A DNA stretch of 64,000 nucleotides from Antechinus flavipes (Eukaryota). The first letter of the stretch is position 1; the number at the start of each line of letters is the position of its first letter. The stretch spans positions 444,416,001 through 444,480,000 of the forward strand of contig NC_067401.1 in assembly GCF_016432865.1 (NCBI RefSeq), in the 5' to 3' direction. Below are positions 26,900 to 39,728 of this stretch, piece by piece. The notes below the pieces were generated by a model. That model saw only the letters and a list, made by a program, of their open reading frames with translations, searched no databases and was not told where the DNA came from. Both the position numbers and the translations under genes were made by a program.

Positions 26900-27145
26900 A
26901 GGCAGCTAGGTGGGCATTGGATACCATGCCAAGCTTGGAGTCTGAAAGACCTGAGTTCGAATACAGTCCCAGAAACTTCCTTGCTGTGTCACTGTGGGCA
27001 AGTCACAACTCTCTTTGCCTCAGTTTGCTAATCTATAAAATGGGCTGGAGAAAGAAATGGCAAATCACTGCAGTATCTTTGCCAAGAAAACCCCAAATGG
27101 GATCACAAAGAGTTGGACATGACTGAAAAAACAATTGAACAACAG
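26900..27145 (+). mobile_element. Mar1-like CORE-SINE
   Basis: ggcagctaggtgg head, gagttcgaat B box, CORE and RTE-like tail. Confidence 0.85.
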
Positions 27146-29357
27146 GAACAAAACTTACATCATCCTCACCTCCAGCCCACCTCAAGTTCTCTGGCTTCTT
27201 TTTTCAAGCCACAGTTATCATCCCACCTTCTGCAAAAATCATTCTTGGTCCCTCCAGCTGCTCAGGACTTCCTTCTGAGATGATCTTCCATTTACACAGT
27301 ATATGTGTTCTACACACAGATTTATCTATCTGCTGTCTACTCCATTAGAACATGAGTTCCTTAAGAGCAGGGATCATGTATTTATATTTCTTAGTATCTT
27401 CAGAATTTGCACAGTGCCTGGCACAGAGTAAGTCGAATAATAAATGCTTGTTAACTGATTCTGAAGGTTCATAGCTTTTCTCCATCCATTCCAGCCTCTA
27501 AGTCTCTTTCAAACACTAAGTATATGAATAAAACCAGAAGATGAGGATGAGGTATTAGAGAAGAAACTACAAATGAAAAAGTAAGAGGTTAAACCCATCC
27601 TCATAAAATGACTATTTAGTTCAACATTTATTTGCCTTGAAAGCACTTTCAAGTTTATCAGGAATAAATTCAGAGGATGCTAAACTCAGGGTAAAAGTAG
27701 AATTTATGTATTGTTCTTTCACTGTTATATAAAAAAAAATAGCTCCTTCCTTTTGATAATGAATCTGGTTATAGGTTTAAGGTTAGAAATTAGAGGGGAC
27801 AGGCAAATTTGTCAAAGTTAACAAAGCAAAATTGACTGCTTTGACTTCTGCAAGTCAAATTGATTTAAGTAACTCTAGATAAGGAAGCCTGAAGGATACA
27901 AAATGTGGTTGATGTACATGGTCGGGGAGGTGACATCTTACACTAATATAAAAGGGGGGGATTCTACTCCAGGTAATAGGGGGCAGTATGATTAAAGGCA
28001 CAGAAAAAAAAGAATGGGATTGAAGGTAGAAGAATATTTCAATTGAGCTATTCCTAAAGCTGAGTGGTTTAAACAAAGTGGGTTGAAATCAACTTATAGA
28101 GGACCTAGAATGGCAGGATTAGAAGTTAATGTTTCCACTAATGAAAACCTTGAGGCTCAAAAAGGTCAACATGGTTTGGTAGTACATTTTTACAATGGTG
28201 AATCAGGTTAATTGACTCTGAGTCCAGTAGGTTTACCATCACCCCAAGCTGGTTCCCCATCTTAGATGATTCAATTCAATTTAATTGATATGTGAGGAAA
28301 GTGAGGTCCAAAAACAAATAAATAACTTGTACACTAATACCAATTGAATTACTAACAGAATTGAGATCTAGAACTCAGGTCCTCCAATCCCCAATCCAGT
28401 CATTTTCTCACTACATTCCCTTTGTTGTGTGTCAAGTTGAATAAGTGGGGTTTCTGTAAACCATACATCAAATTAGTCTCATCACTTTATGGTCTTAATC
28501 CCTTTCTTTAGATAAAACCTGTACTGACTAAAATGCTCTCTCATCCATATTCAATATTTCAACAAACCTAGGTATAGTACTACAGTGATTCTCATTAATA
28601 TTCCGCAAATCAGGGGCTGAATTCTTTATTCATATGATCTTCACAACAATCCCAGAAAGAAAACATTGCAGGTATTTTGATCATCCCCATTTTACAGTTG
28701 AGAAAACAGAGGCTCTGAGAAGTTTAGATGGTTTAGCATCAAAGGCAAAAATAGAATCCAAGTCTCCTTTAATTCCTAATTTTCTATTACAGCATGCTTC
28801 CTACAAGATCAAGAATGGTGAGACCTTTCAAGCCTGCATCCCTAGCAGATGGCACAGTGTTTAATTCGTGTTTTTCAAGTGGTCAGGTGGGAAGAGATAC
28901 CTCCTGGTGCCCCTCAAAATATCTCGGTATGTTCTACCAACTTATATCTAAGATTGGCCATATAGGTTTATATCCAATCATCTTACAACCTTCCTGTTGT
29001 GCTATTTCCTATCTGTCACTTAAATTGTCTGGGCTTCAATTTTCTTATCTATAAAATGGGAAGGATTTCAAACAAAAGTTAGATAATCATATATCAGGTA
29101 AGGTAGACACACCACAAGTATTTACTAAGCATTTATTATGTGCCAAACACTGGATCAAGTATATAGGCATGTTTGAAGCACGTTAATGAGGGTGACCACC
29201 AAGAGAGTTTTATTTTTAAATTTTTCTTTGAGGCAAAAATCAATCACTCCATTTTGTGTCCATCATAAAGGATATGATTTTTGTTCCTCAAAAGACTAAA
29301 GAAACGAAAATTGATTTAAAAATTAATAATGAAATTTTGCTCAAAACATAAACATTT

Positions 29358-29529
29358 AAAATGAAATGCAATAGATTTCTACCATGTTTAATATATATTG
29401 GACTACTTGCCCTTTAGGGAGGGCTTGGAGGGAAAATTGGAGCACAAAGTTTTGCAAGGGCTAATGTTAAAGAATTGTCCATGCATATGTTTTGAAAAAT
29501 AAAAAGCTTTAATAAAAAATGAAATGCAA
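29358..29529 (+). mobile_element. About 145-bp L1 3'-end insertion with 14-bp TSD
   Basis: aaaatgaaatgcaa at 29358-29371 and 29516-29529. Confidence 0.85.
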
Positions 29530-29619
29530 AATACCATATTTTTAATTGTCATTAGGGGGAAATAAAATATAAAAAAGAAAAAAGTTAACTTTTTTTTAAA
29601 CATTAGGGATTTTGTGATT

Positions 29620-29840
29620 AGGACAGTTAGGCGGCATAATAGAATGTCGAGACTGAAGTTAGTAACACTCACTTTCCTGGTGTGACCCTGGACAAGTTAC
29701 TTAACGCTGTTTCCCTCAGTTTCCTCACCTGTAAAATGAGATGGAGAAGGAAATGGTAAACCTGGAACTCCAGCATCTTTGCCAAGAAAATCTCAAATGG
29801 GGTCACGCAACTGAAATGAATCAACAACAACAACAACAAA
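29620..29840 (+). mobile_element. Mar1-like SINE with (CAA)n tail
   Basis: CORE plus ggagaaggaaatggtaaa...aatggggtcacgcaactgaaatgaatcaacaacaac. Confidence 0.8.
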
Positions 29841-31374
29841 ATTGCATGCTCGGGCACATCCAGAATGCTTCTATACATGTCTATAAACATATATGTTTGT
29901 AGAGAGGATTTCTGTTTGAGTCTAGATAGGACTGGATAGCTAATGAGATTCTTTCCAAATCCAGGAATCCAGGATCCAGTGACCCACTATGATGCTTCTC
30001 CTAATTAGTAATCCTAATTAGCAATCTTACTCATTTTAACATGTCCTTTTCCCCAAAAGAACAGCCACAATTAGACCACAAATGTTCACTTAAAAATCAC
30101 ATTCTACATATATGCATACAAACACATTGTGTGTACACACAGACACACACACACACAGAAAGAGAGAGAGAGAGAGTTGTTTGGCAAAAGATTCTTTGAA
30201 AACAAAACTTATTTGGGATTTAAAATTGAAATTCTAATGGAAATCATAATAAAGAATACAGAGACTAGAGTCAAACCACAAATCTTAGCTCGTCTCCCTG
30301 TGATCTTTCTGTTGCTGACTTTCTGAGCCTCAGTTTCCACCGCTGTATTATGAGAATGTAAAACTGGACAGTCCCTGGGCTTCCTTTCAGCTCTAAAGCC
30401 AACAAGCCTATGAATTTTTCAGCATATTCTACAGTCAAATTACTCCTCAAGTGCCATCTTGCTGGCTTTACTGTGGTTAGTGTCAGCTTTGTGGTTTAAA
30501 TGCCATTGGCTTTTTATTTCTACCCACCACAACCTCCCTAGATAATTTTTTTTTCAAAAATGCTCTTAGGAAAACCAATCATGACAATCACTTTCTTACT
30601 AAATCTGTCACTTAGAAAACTTCTGGTTGCATCATTGAGCCTTGATAGAAGTCTTTGGAAAGATACCAACGATCCCTTGTCCAGGGTAATGTAAAAGGGA
30701 TTCCCATTAAAGACATGGCTTCTGCCAGATGGCTCTGTAAGTCCAACTCTAAGATGTTGGGATTCTGGGAGCTCTCTTAGCTGGGCAGAATTAGCAATAA
30801 TGGGAAGACACTGCAAAATGGTAAATTTAGTCTTAATTGAAGCAAAAACTTCATTAAGAATTGCAAAAATAAAATAGGCTGTCTCAGAAGGTAATGGAAA
30901 ACTTTTCATTGGAGATCCTCAAATAAAGGCTAGATGACCATTTGTCAAATATATCATTGTGGAGATTCTTTTGGGTGGTACAGGTTGAGCTGCATATACC
31001 TGGAGTCCCTTTCAAACTCTGAAATTTTACAATTCTGAATATCAAAAGAAGTGGGTTCTTTTCCCAATAGGCATTTAAAGACAAAAATATCAGTTTTTGT
31101 GGCACAGAATTTTAGAGTTTTGGTTGGATCTTGGGTATTATCTTGTCTAGGAGTTCTTAACCTGAGGTAAACTTGTGATATTTATACATGAACACACACA
31201 CACACACACACACACATACACATTGTATATATGTCAATATAATTTTTTTTGGTAATACTGTGGATTTTGATTTAGGCATTTAAAAATATCATTTTAAGAA
31301 GGAAGCCATACACTTTAATAAATTACCTAAGAGGTTTGAGACCTCCCCCAAAATTAAAAACCTTAGATTTAATC

Positions 31375-31699
31375 GAAACTGATCTCTTGAACGAATGTGA
31401 ACTATTTGCATTTTTGTTTTTCTTCCCGGGTTATTTATACCTTCTGAATCCAATTCTCCCTGTGCAACAAGAGAACTGTTCGGTTCTACAAACATATATT
31501 GTATCTAGGATATACTGCAACATATCTAACATATATAGGACTGCTTGCCATCTAGGGGAGGGGGTGGAGGGAGGGAGGGGAAAAATCGGAACAGAAGCGA
31601 GTGCAAGGGATAATGTTGTAAAAAAATTACCCTGGCATGGATTCTGTCAATATAAAGTTATTATAAAATAAAATAAAATATAAAAAAAAAGAAACTGAT
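31375..31699 (+). mobile_element. Young L1 3' UTR insertion with TSD
   Basis: gaaactgat at 31375-31383 and 31691-31699. Closely similar to the 22580-23185 L1, with CpGs intact. Confidence 0.9.
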
Positions 31700-33334
31700 T
31701 TCCTGTCTCATAAAGAATCCCTACCACAACATAATTGATAAGTGGTCTTTAATCTTTCTGGAATACATACAATGAGGGGTGATCCAATGCCTCCAAAGAG
31801 CTTTTGAGAAACTCTAAATGTTAGGAAGTTCTTTTATCTCTTTGCAATTTATATGCATCACTTCCAGTTTTGTTCTCTAGGGTCAGGAAGATCTAGCTGA
31901 ATCCCTCTTCAATATGGTGGTCCTTCAAGTACATGAATGCAGCCATTCTGTCCATTCTTTGCCTTTTTTCTCCACCCACCCCACTAGTTTTCTCTCTTTC
32001 AAGCTAAATACCTCAGATTCTTTCCTTTCAAGACAAGAAGTCAAAGACCCATAAGATGCCAGTTACCCTTGCCTGCTGGAAGAGATATTTTGCTCAGCAA
32101 AAATACAATTCTTTCAATAGACAGTATTAATACAATTTCCCATTAGCAAGAAACACCAGCAAATGAAGATGGAAATTCCCTTCCCTCAAAGTAAATGGTC
32201 CTCCTCTGGGATAACTCTACCTCATGAAGAGAGTAATAGCCATAGCTGATAAGAAGTGTATGAGGAGCAATTTGTTGCTAATTAGTGTGGCGTTGTTTAA
32301 AAAAAAAAAAGGGCTTGAATTTAAAATGCTATCTAAACTCTGTGTATTATGGCTCATGAGCTAATTCAGGTATCATTAGAAACTGACACATCCATCACTT
32401 GTGGTAGTCTACTGGTACAATTTTTTTCAGAGTTGAGATTTCTGTGGAAGAAGCAAAGTAGCTAGTAATTATAAAGCAATAGACTATTATTATGGGTACA
32501 TTTTACTCCATGTAAAGAGTCTTAGCTTGAGACACCCAAGAGGAGGTAATAAGGAAAATTCTAAGGATGGAAGGGGTGGGGAGAAGATATTTAAATCAAA
32601 ATCACCCAGGAGACATGATCCTGGGAAGTTCAGGATAAACCTTCAATTTAGGCAGTTGTGGGAGGACATCAATCTAAGGTTGGGAAGGGGGTGAGATGAT
32701 CTTTAAGTCACACAAGGAAGAAGAGAAACAATAATGATATCAGTGGATTAGGTTCAATAGAAAGACCATAAACAGTGGAGTCAGAGCACTTGGGTTCAAA
32801 TCCTTCCTCTTACCTTTTTTTGGCATGATCTTGGGCAAGTCAGTTAAGTTCCCTGAGGTTGAGTTTCCTTATCTGTAAAATGAGGGGATTAGACTATAAA
32901 GTTTCTGAGGTCCCTTCTAGTTCTAAAATGATAATTATAGGATTCCTTCCAAGTTCACCCCATATTTCTTAGCTTAGTACAGACACATCTGGGCTGCATA
33001 TCTCTGTGGTGACTTTGATCTGAATATTTCCTCATTCCTCCTTTTGGAAGTCTTATGTCAAGTTTCTCTTTCTATGTAAAGGGAAAGATACCACATAAGA
33101 GGTCTCCTCCCCCAGTAAAAAATTGGTCTATGTATTTTATAGGGATTATTTGTTTTATTTATTTATTATATTATTTATAGGGATTTTTACTTTATTTATT
33201 CATTATATTATTTATAGGGATTGAGGGCAGAGGATTATTTTGGGTTCCCATAGCTAATTGTTATTTCTCATTGGAGATCTTCAAGCAAGATCTAGATGAC
33301 CAGTTGTACAAAGTGAATTCTTAAAAACAACACT

Positions 33335-33810
33335 GTATTTTATTTTATTTTTAAAATTTATTTTAAACTTATAAAGGAAATAGGAAAAGAAAAAAAAATT
33401 GCCACGTGCACAACAGAACATGAGATGATTCAAAATGTAAAGCAATAAATTTCCATTTCAAGAAAGCCTATATAATAAGCACACTGTGTTTAGAGCTGTC
33501 CATCTTTTCTTTGCTTCCTTGCAGTTTTCTTGTTTTCTGCTATAGACTTTTTACTTTATTTCTTTTTCTTCTTTCCCTCCCCAGAGAAGCCTACAATAAA
33601 GTAAAAACATATATGAAATACGTTTCTACACACAAACATATATGTATGTACTTAAACACAGAAATAATTGTACAGATGCTCATGCATCCATCATCATACA
33701 GATATGTTCACATATCCATTCATATGCATCTATCTAAGACTATACTCTACTTGTTTGTCCTGTTTCTCTGAAGATGGATAATATCTTCCTTCATAAGTCC
33801 AAGTCTTTCC
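33335..33810 (-). mobile_element. Older L1 3' UTR
   Basis: aataaatttccatttcaagaaagcc...gagctgtccatctttt motifs. gaattcttaa is repeated on both flanks. Confidence 0.65.
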
Positions 33811-35055
33811 CCAAAGGGAATTCTTAATCAGGGTAAGTTTGGATGAGATGACAAAATAGATATCAATTAACTAAAAAGCTGGGATTTTCTGGCAACTGAG
33901 ATTTCAGACAGGGATGTGTTTCAAAGAAGAGAGAAAGAAATACTGGATATGAGGAGGGGGCTCCAACAGAGCAGAGAAGCCCAGAAGCCCCAAAGTTTTT
34001 CTGGATGCCCACATCACTGTAATAAATCATCTTTCTGGCTCACTACTACCAATCACTCCCAAAGGTCTTTTAGTTCTCAGTTTGTTGTTGTTGTAGTTAT
34101 GCACCCATGAAAGATGATGTGAAAATGTTTGGGTAAAACTCATTTGGCTTTATAATCATAAACAGGCCTAAGTGAAGAGAAGCATTTGGCCATCAGCAGC
34201 CCTTTTAGTGGTCTGTAATTTACGGCAACAGTTGTTTTGACCGTCTATGTAAAATGGTATCTGCCACCTCCTATTTGGTTTATCGTTTTTCCTAATAATT
34301 TCAGTGCATTTGCTTTTCAATTTTATTCATCGGCAACTCACAGTCAATTTTCTCTGAGGCACAGTATGCTCAAAATATCCTTCAGTATGAAAACGGCTGG
34401 TTAGAGCAAATGCATATCCTTCCATCAGTAAGTGCGTCACTAAGTAACCTTAGAGAGAATGCAGAATTTAGCCTAACAGGACCACCGGTAATCTCCGTTT
34501 AGCCTTTATCAAGAGCTCACATCCTAAACCATTTTAATTGCTCTGTCAAGGAAGGAACTTTAGATGGAAATTAGATAAATCCGTTTTATTCTCTTTGGGA
34601 AAACTTTTCTTTCTACACAGCTTTATAGTCAATCCTGCCTTGGGGACTGGAAGAAGGTTTCACTGTCCTCCAAGGATAGAAAATACTTAAGGGAAAGCAG
34701 CAGTTATAAAGCAAGGTGGTTTTGAATCTGCTTTGATTAGTTTCATTGATGGTGGGAATTTGAATTGGAGAGTGATGGATTTGGAGGCAGTCCTCCCTGA
34801 CCCCTGCCTAGAAATGCACTTTTCTCTCTTAGAATCTCAAGATTCTTTCGAAGCTCAGCCCAAGGACAACCTACATGAAAAACTTCCTGATGCCAGTTCT
34901 TCCCCTAAAAAATAACCTTATGCTTAACTTGTCTATGCCTACACGTGTATGTGCTCTCCCCCCTCCCAATAGAATCAATAGGATGCAGAGACTTTAAGAA
35001 CAAGTATTGTTTCATTTTGTGTGTGTTTCTATCCCAAGCACCAAGATTATAACTG

Positions 35056-35388
35056 NNNNNNNNNNNNNNNNNNNNNNNNNNNNNNNNNNNNNNNNNNNNN
35101 NNNNNNNNNNNNNNNNNNNNNNNNNNNNNNNNNNNNNNNNNNNNNNNNNNNNNNNNNNNNNNNNNNNNNNNNNNNNNNNNNNNNNNNNNNNNNNNNNNNN
35201 NNNNNNNNNNNNNNNNNNNNNNNNNNNNNNNNNNNNNNNNNNNNNNNNNNNNNNNNNNNNNNNNNNNNNNNNNNNNNNNNNNNNNNNNNNNNNNNNNNNN
35301 NNNNNNNNNNNNNNNNNNNNNNNNNNNNNNNNNNNNNNNNNNNNNNNNNNNNNNNNNNNNNNNNNNNNNNNNNNNNNNNNNNNNNNNN
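35056..35388. other. Assembly gap (333 N)
   Basis: Run of N characters. Confidence 1.
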
Positions 35389-35539
35389 GGAGAACAAAGT
35401 ACACATTTTCAGAGGAATATTCAGGTTGAAGGGATGATTGGATGTTCCAAGGTAACAGATGGAAGTGAGGGCGTGTTGGATGAGCTCTCCTCTCAAGTCC
35501 CTTTTAGGTCTGCCCCATTCTTGTCAAAACACACCCTAT

Positions 35540-36275
35540 TACTTATTTATTTACTTACTTATTTAATATTTTTTCCCAAGTATATTCAAAACAATTTTTA
35601 AAAAAGATTTTTGTTTTTAAGATTTTTGAGTTCTAGGTTCTGTCTCTTTTCTCCATCTACAATTAAGAAAGTACATGTGAGGTTATGTAAAACATTACCA
35701 TAAAAGTCAAGTTGTGAAAGAAAACATAGATCTCCCACCCTAATGAAAATAAAAACTCTCAAGAAAAATTAAGTTAATAATAAAGAGAGCGAAAGAGAGA
35801 GAAATAGAGAATGCTTTGATCTCTATTCAGATACAATCAGTTCCTTCTCTTGGTATGGATAGGATTTTTCATCATAAGTCCTTTAAGGTAGTTGTGGATG
35901 ATTGTACTACTGAGAATAACAGTCATTTATAGCTGGTCATTTCAGAACATCGTTATTACTTTATATACAGTATATTTCACTTTGTTGATGGAGGATTTTC
36001 CAGGTCATTTTTTTTTTTTTGAGAGCATCCTGCTCATCATTTCCCAAAGAACAATAATATTCCATTGCTTTAAAATTTTTTTTACAATTATTATTGCTAA
36101 TAGTATTTCCCCCATTTATTCTCTCTCTCCTTTTACCCTGTCCCTCCTCAAAAGTGTTTTGCTACTGACCTCTCCCTCCCCCAAAATGCCCTTTCTTTTT
36201 ATCACCCTTCCCCCTTCCCATATCCCATTCCTCTCCTATTTTTCTGCAAGATAAGATAGATTTCTATGCCCCTAC
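35540..36275 (-). mobile_element. Antisense L1 3' UTR fragments
   Basis: gatctctattcagatacaatcagttcc...ggatgattgtactactgagaataac...atttcccaaagaacaataatattcc. Confidence 0.7.
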
Positions 36276-37049
36276 TGAGTACTGCACCTTATTCTTTATA
36301 TGTTTACCATATTCTTTATATGTTAAATATAAAGTTTATTCTTTATTGTTTATTCTTTATATGTTACATTCACTGTCCTGGAAAGTCCTAAAAAAAGATT
36401 GTCCTTTTCAGAATTGACATCTTTGAATCATAGGAACTTTAATAAATAGCATTTCATGATGTCATGCTTCAAGCCCTGGGATACCAAAGAAACTGCAAAA
36501 TAAGAGTTATAACACTGTATATGATTTATTTGAACATGGTTGTTTAATTGTAATCTCCCCTAAACTGTGAGTTTCTTGAGAGCACAAATTGTCTTTCTAC
36601 CTTTCCTTTTCTTCTCATCAGTTAATATAGCACCTAGCACTTAATAACTTAGCTGTCAACTTCTGTTGAATGACTGACCTAACCATCTACACTGTAAAAC
36701 CTAAGTGGATTAGAAATATTCCTGTTATCCAAACAGGCATTACATATAGTTTTATGCAGAACACATCAAACTTGTCCAGCAGTATATAAATTTTGAATAG
36801 ATTATAAAAGCATAGTTCTTGAACCAGAAGAGAACTTAAAATGTCATCTAATCCAACCTCTTTGCTTCAGAAGTTAGTAAACTGATGCCCAAGTTCATGG
36901 AATGTCTTGCCCAAACTCACACATTAAATAAACACTGCATATAGACAATATCTGGATTTAGAATAGTATTGGAAAAAGACAATGAACTAGGTTGCATTTG
37001 AGAAATTGCACAAAGCTTTTAACAAAGCCAAACTGCTACCTGAAAAAAA

Positions 37050-37420
37050 AAACCAGAAATCTTTTTAATACCCATATTATTCTGGTGATGTTATATGGCT
37101 GCAAATAGTATCATTTGGTATGCAGTACACAATCTCCCAAGAATCAATACCATAGATGGAAAGACAAATGGCAGGCATAAGTAGGCTGCGGTATATTACT
37201 AATGCTAACTCATAAGTTATGGATGGGATGGAAGATTGTGTGCAAAAGATGCATCAATAGAAAAGAAAGTGGGCCAATCCTATAGCAAGGACAAGGTATG
37301 ACTAATGCATAGCCCAAAACCTGTAAAAAATTTTTTTTAATATACAGAAGGTCTTCAGCAATTGGGTACACTTTTGATAATAATGTCCCCAGTAAAAGAA
37401 GGTATGGATGGGTTAAGTTC
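37050..37420 (+). mobile_element. Old RTE-type LINE 3' fragment
   Basis: gatgttatatggctgcaaat...gatggaaagaca...gaaaagaaagtgggcc (LYGCE..., RKWAG-like). Confidence 0.55.
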
Positions 37421-38149
37421 TACTTGAAGTCAAAAAGGTTCAGAGCTTAATTTCACTTCTGCTTATTAATTATGTGACCCTGGTAGGCAAGTCACTTAAT
37501 TTCTCTCACACTCTTTCCTCATCTCTTAAAATGGGAGTGATGATACATAAATCCCTTTCTCACAGGCTGTTATGAAATTCAAATGGGATAACATATATGA
37601 AAGGACTTTTCAAACCTTAAAGCATCTTATAAATGTTAGCCATTATTATTGTTATATATTATTATTTATACCACTGATGGGAGTATCCATAGTGATTAAG
37701 TTCATGGTTACATCAATTGAGATATTTCTCAATCAAAGAAATTATCTTCTGATCTCCCTGACTTCCTTTAAGTCCAGCTAAAATCTCATTTTCTACAAGA
37801 AGCCTTCTCCAATCCCCCTTACTTTGTGTCTATTTATCCTTGATATAACTTTTTCAATAGATAGATAGATAGATATTTGAAAGCTATTTTCCTTCATTTG
37901 ATTGGAAGGGCAGGAAATGTCTTTTGACTCTTTTTAATATCCTCAACACTTATTAACACTATGCATGGCACACAGTAGTTGTTTAATGTTTAGTGAATTG
38001 ACTAAAAAATTACTCAAAATAAATGAGGAAATGCTAAGAAAATAGCAACCTCTACTCCCCTTGAGTTTCAGTCCTCTGTGCCTGATGGATCATGAATCAC
38101 ATCCTAGGACATTGAGTTTGCATTTCTCTAGTAATCATGGAAAATGGCA

Positions 38150-38400
38150 AAGTAACTGTGCTACTAGAGATGATAAAGATTCTGCTAATTTTTAAAAAGA
38201 GGCAAGAAGGCCATTCCTTCAAGTGAGCTTGATATTGATTCCTGGAAAAATCTGGGTCCAAATTACTAAAGAATTGGCAAGCATGGCAAGATGGTAACGG
38301 TAAATCAACATGAGTTCATTAAGAACATCTCATACAAGATTAAACTAATTTCTTCTTTCAAGTTACTAGACCAGTAGAGAGAAATGCTACCATCTCTAGT
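38150..38400 (+). mobile_element. L3/CR1 RT fragment
   Basis: ttttaaaaagagg...attcctggaaaaatctg...caacatgagttcattaagaac...aaactaatttc (IFKKG..IPGKIL..QHGF..TNLI-like). Confidence 0.65.
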
Positions 38401-38577
38401 TCCTCATGCTACTGTTGGCTTCCCTTCTCACAGATAATCACCCCTTCTTGATTAAAAAAATTGACATCACAAGTCCCTCTGCCTTCCTTATATTATTTCT
38501 CAAAGCCTCTACTTCATAACCTGCTCCCCTATTTTGTTCTAATCTCAGAGGATAAGATGGCTTTTACTGGGGCCAAT

Positions 38578-38710
38578 TTTTTTTTTTTGCTGAGGCAATT
38601 GGGGTTAAGTGATTTGCCCAGTAATTTTTTTACACAGCTAAGTGTTAAGTGTCTGAGATCAGACAGTGCTAAGTGTTGGTGCTCTATCCACTGTGTCATC
38701 TAGGTGCTCT
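38578..38710 (-). mobile_element. WSINE1-like SINE with internal rearrangement
   Basis: ttttgctgaggcaattggggttaagtgatttgccca...ggtgctctatccactgtgtcatctag. Confidence 0.85.
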
Positions 38711-39603
38711 CTAGGACCAACTCTTAAATCTCCTTCCCTTGATCTGATCTTCACCTGAAACTTGAGGAGCTTGACTATCCAGCATTCCCTGTCCAATCTC
38801 TCAATCTCATCCCATCTACTGGCTCCTTTCCTATTATTTATAAACATCCCCTCTGCCAAGTCTTACAAAACTTTTGCTTGACCCTGTTGTCATCTCAGTC
38901 TCCAATAATATACATCTATCATCCTTTTCACCAAGAGATGATTCTCATATACTGCCTCTACTTCTAATCTCCTCCCCCTGCCTCAAGCTCCTGTAATTTG
39001 GTTCATGACACTATTCTACTGAAAGAAGGAACCAATCTGTTATTCAACTACTACAAAATTTCAATCCTTATCCTCTTTGAAAACATTTTATTAGCTTTTG
39101 AATGTCTTTGATATTTGTCTTTCATGAGTCCTATGAATAGGTTCTCTCCTGGTTCCTGATCCTTCTCAGTTTTCTTTGGTGATAGGAAAGGTAATTCTGC
39201 CTGACATGAAGATATGTTTATCACAGGACCAATGAGCTGGAGTTAGAAAGTCTTCCTACCCATTAGGATTGTCCCCAAATAAAACAATCTCCTTGAGGAG
39301 GTGATGATTTCCACATCATTGGAGGTCTTCAAGCAAAGGCTATCTGTAATATTTTAAAGGGTATTCATAATTCATAAATTAAATTTTCAAACCAAAATAC
39401 TCTAGGATCCTATGGTCTGGTTGACAGTTTGAGAAAATGTAAAATCCTTGAGGACAAGCAGTTTTTCATATTTGTCACTGAATCCCCAGCAACAAGCATG
39501 TGATAAATGAGGAAAAGCAATGTTAGTTTTGCCTTTTACTGCCAACCTCTAGGATTTTGGTTTGCTTAGTCATCTGTTAAATGAACAAGCCAGATTAGAC
39601 AAT

Positions 39604-39728
39604 CTCTAAGGTTTTTTCCTAGCTTTAAATCTATGATCTTATGATATTCCCAGAATTATGCATTTCCTCTAAGGTTTTTTCCTAGCTCTACATCTATGAT
39701 CTTATGATATTCCCAGAATGATGCACTT
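39604..39728. repeat. 63-bp tandem duplication (2 copies)
   Basis: ctctaaggttttttcctagct...atctatgatcttatgatattcccagaat starts at 39604 and again at 39667. Confidence 0.95.

Noticed and set aside
30538-30909. 123-aa minus-strand ORF in largely unique DNA, faintly DCX-like (SFQRLLSRLNDATRSFLSD)
   Set aside because: Several ORFs of this length are expected by chance in six frames of 64 kb. There is no partner exon and the family resemblance is too weak.
35007-35496. Four 130-149 aa ORFs
   Set aside because: Artefacts of translating through the N gap.
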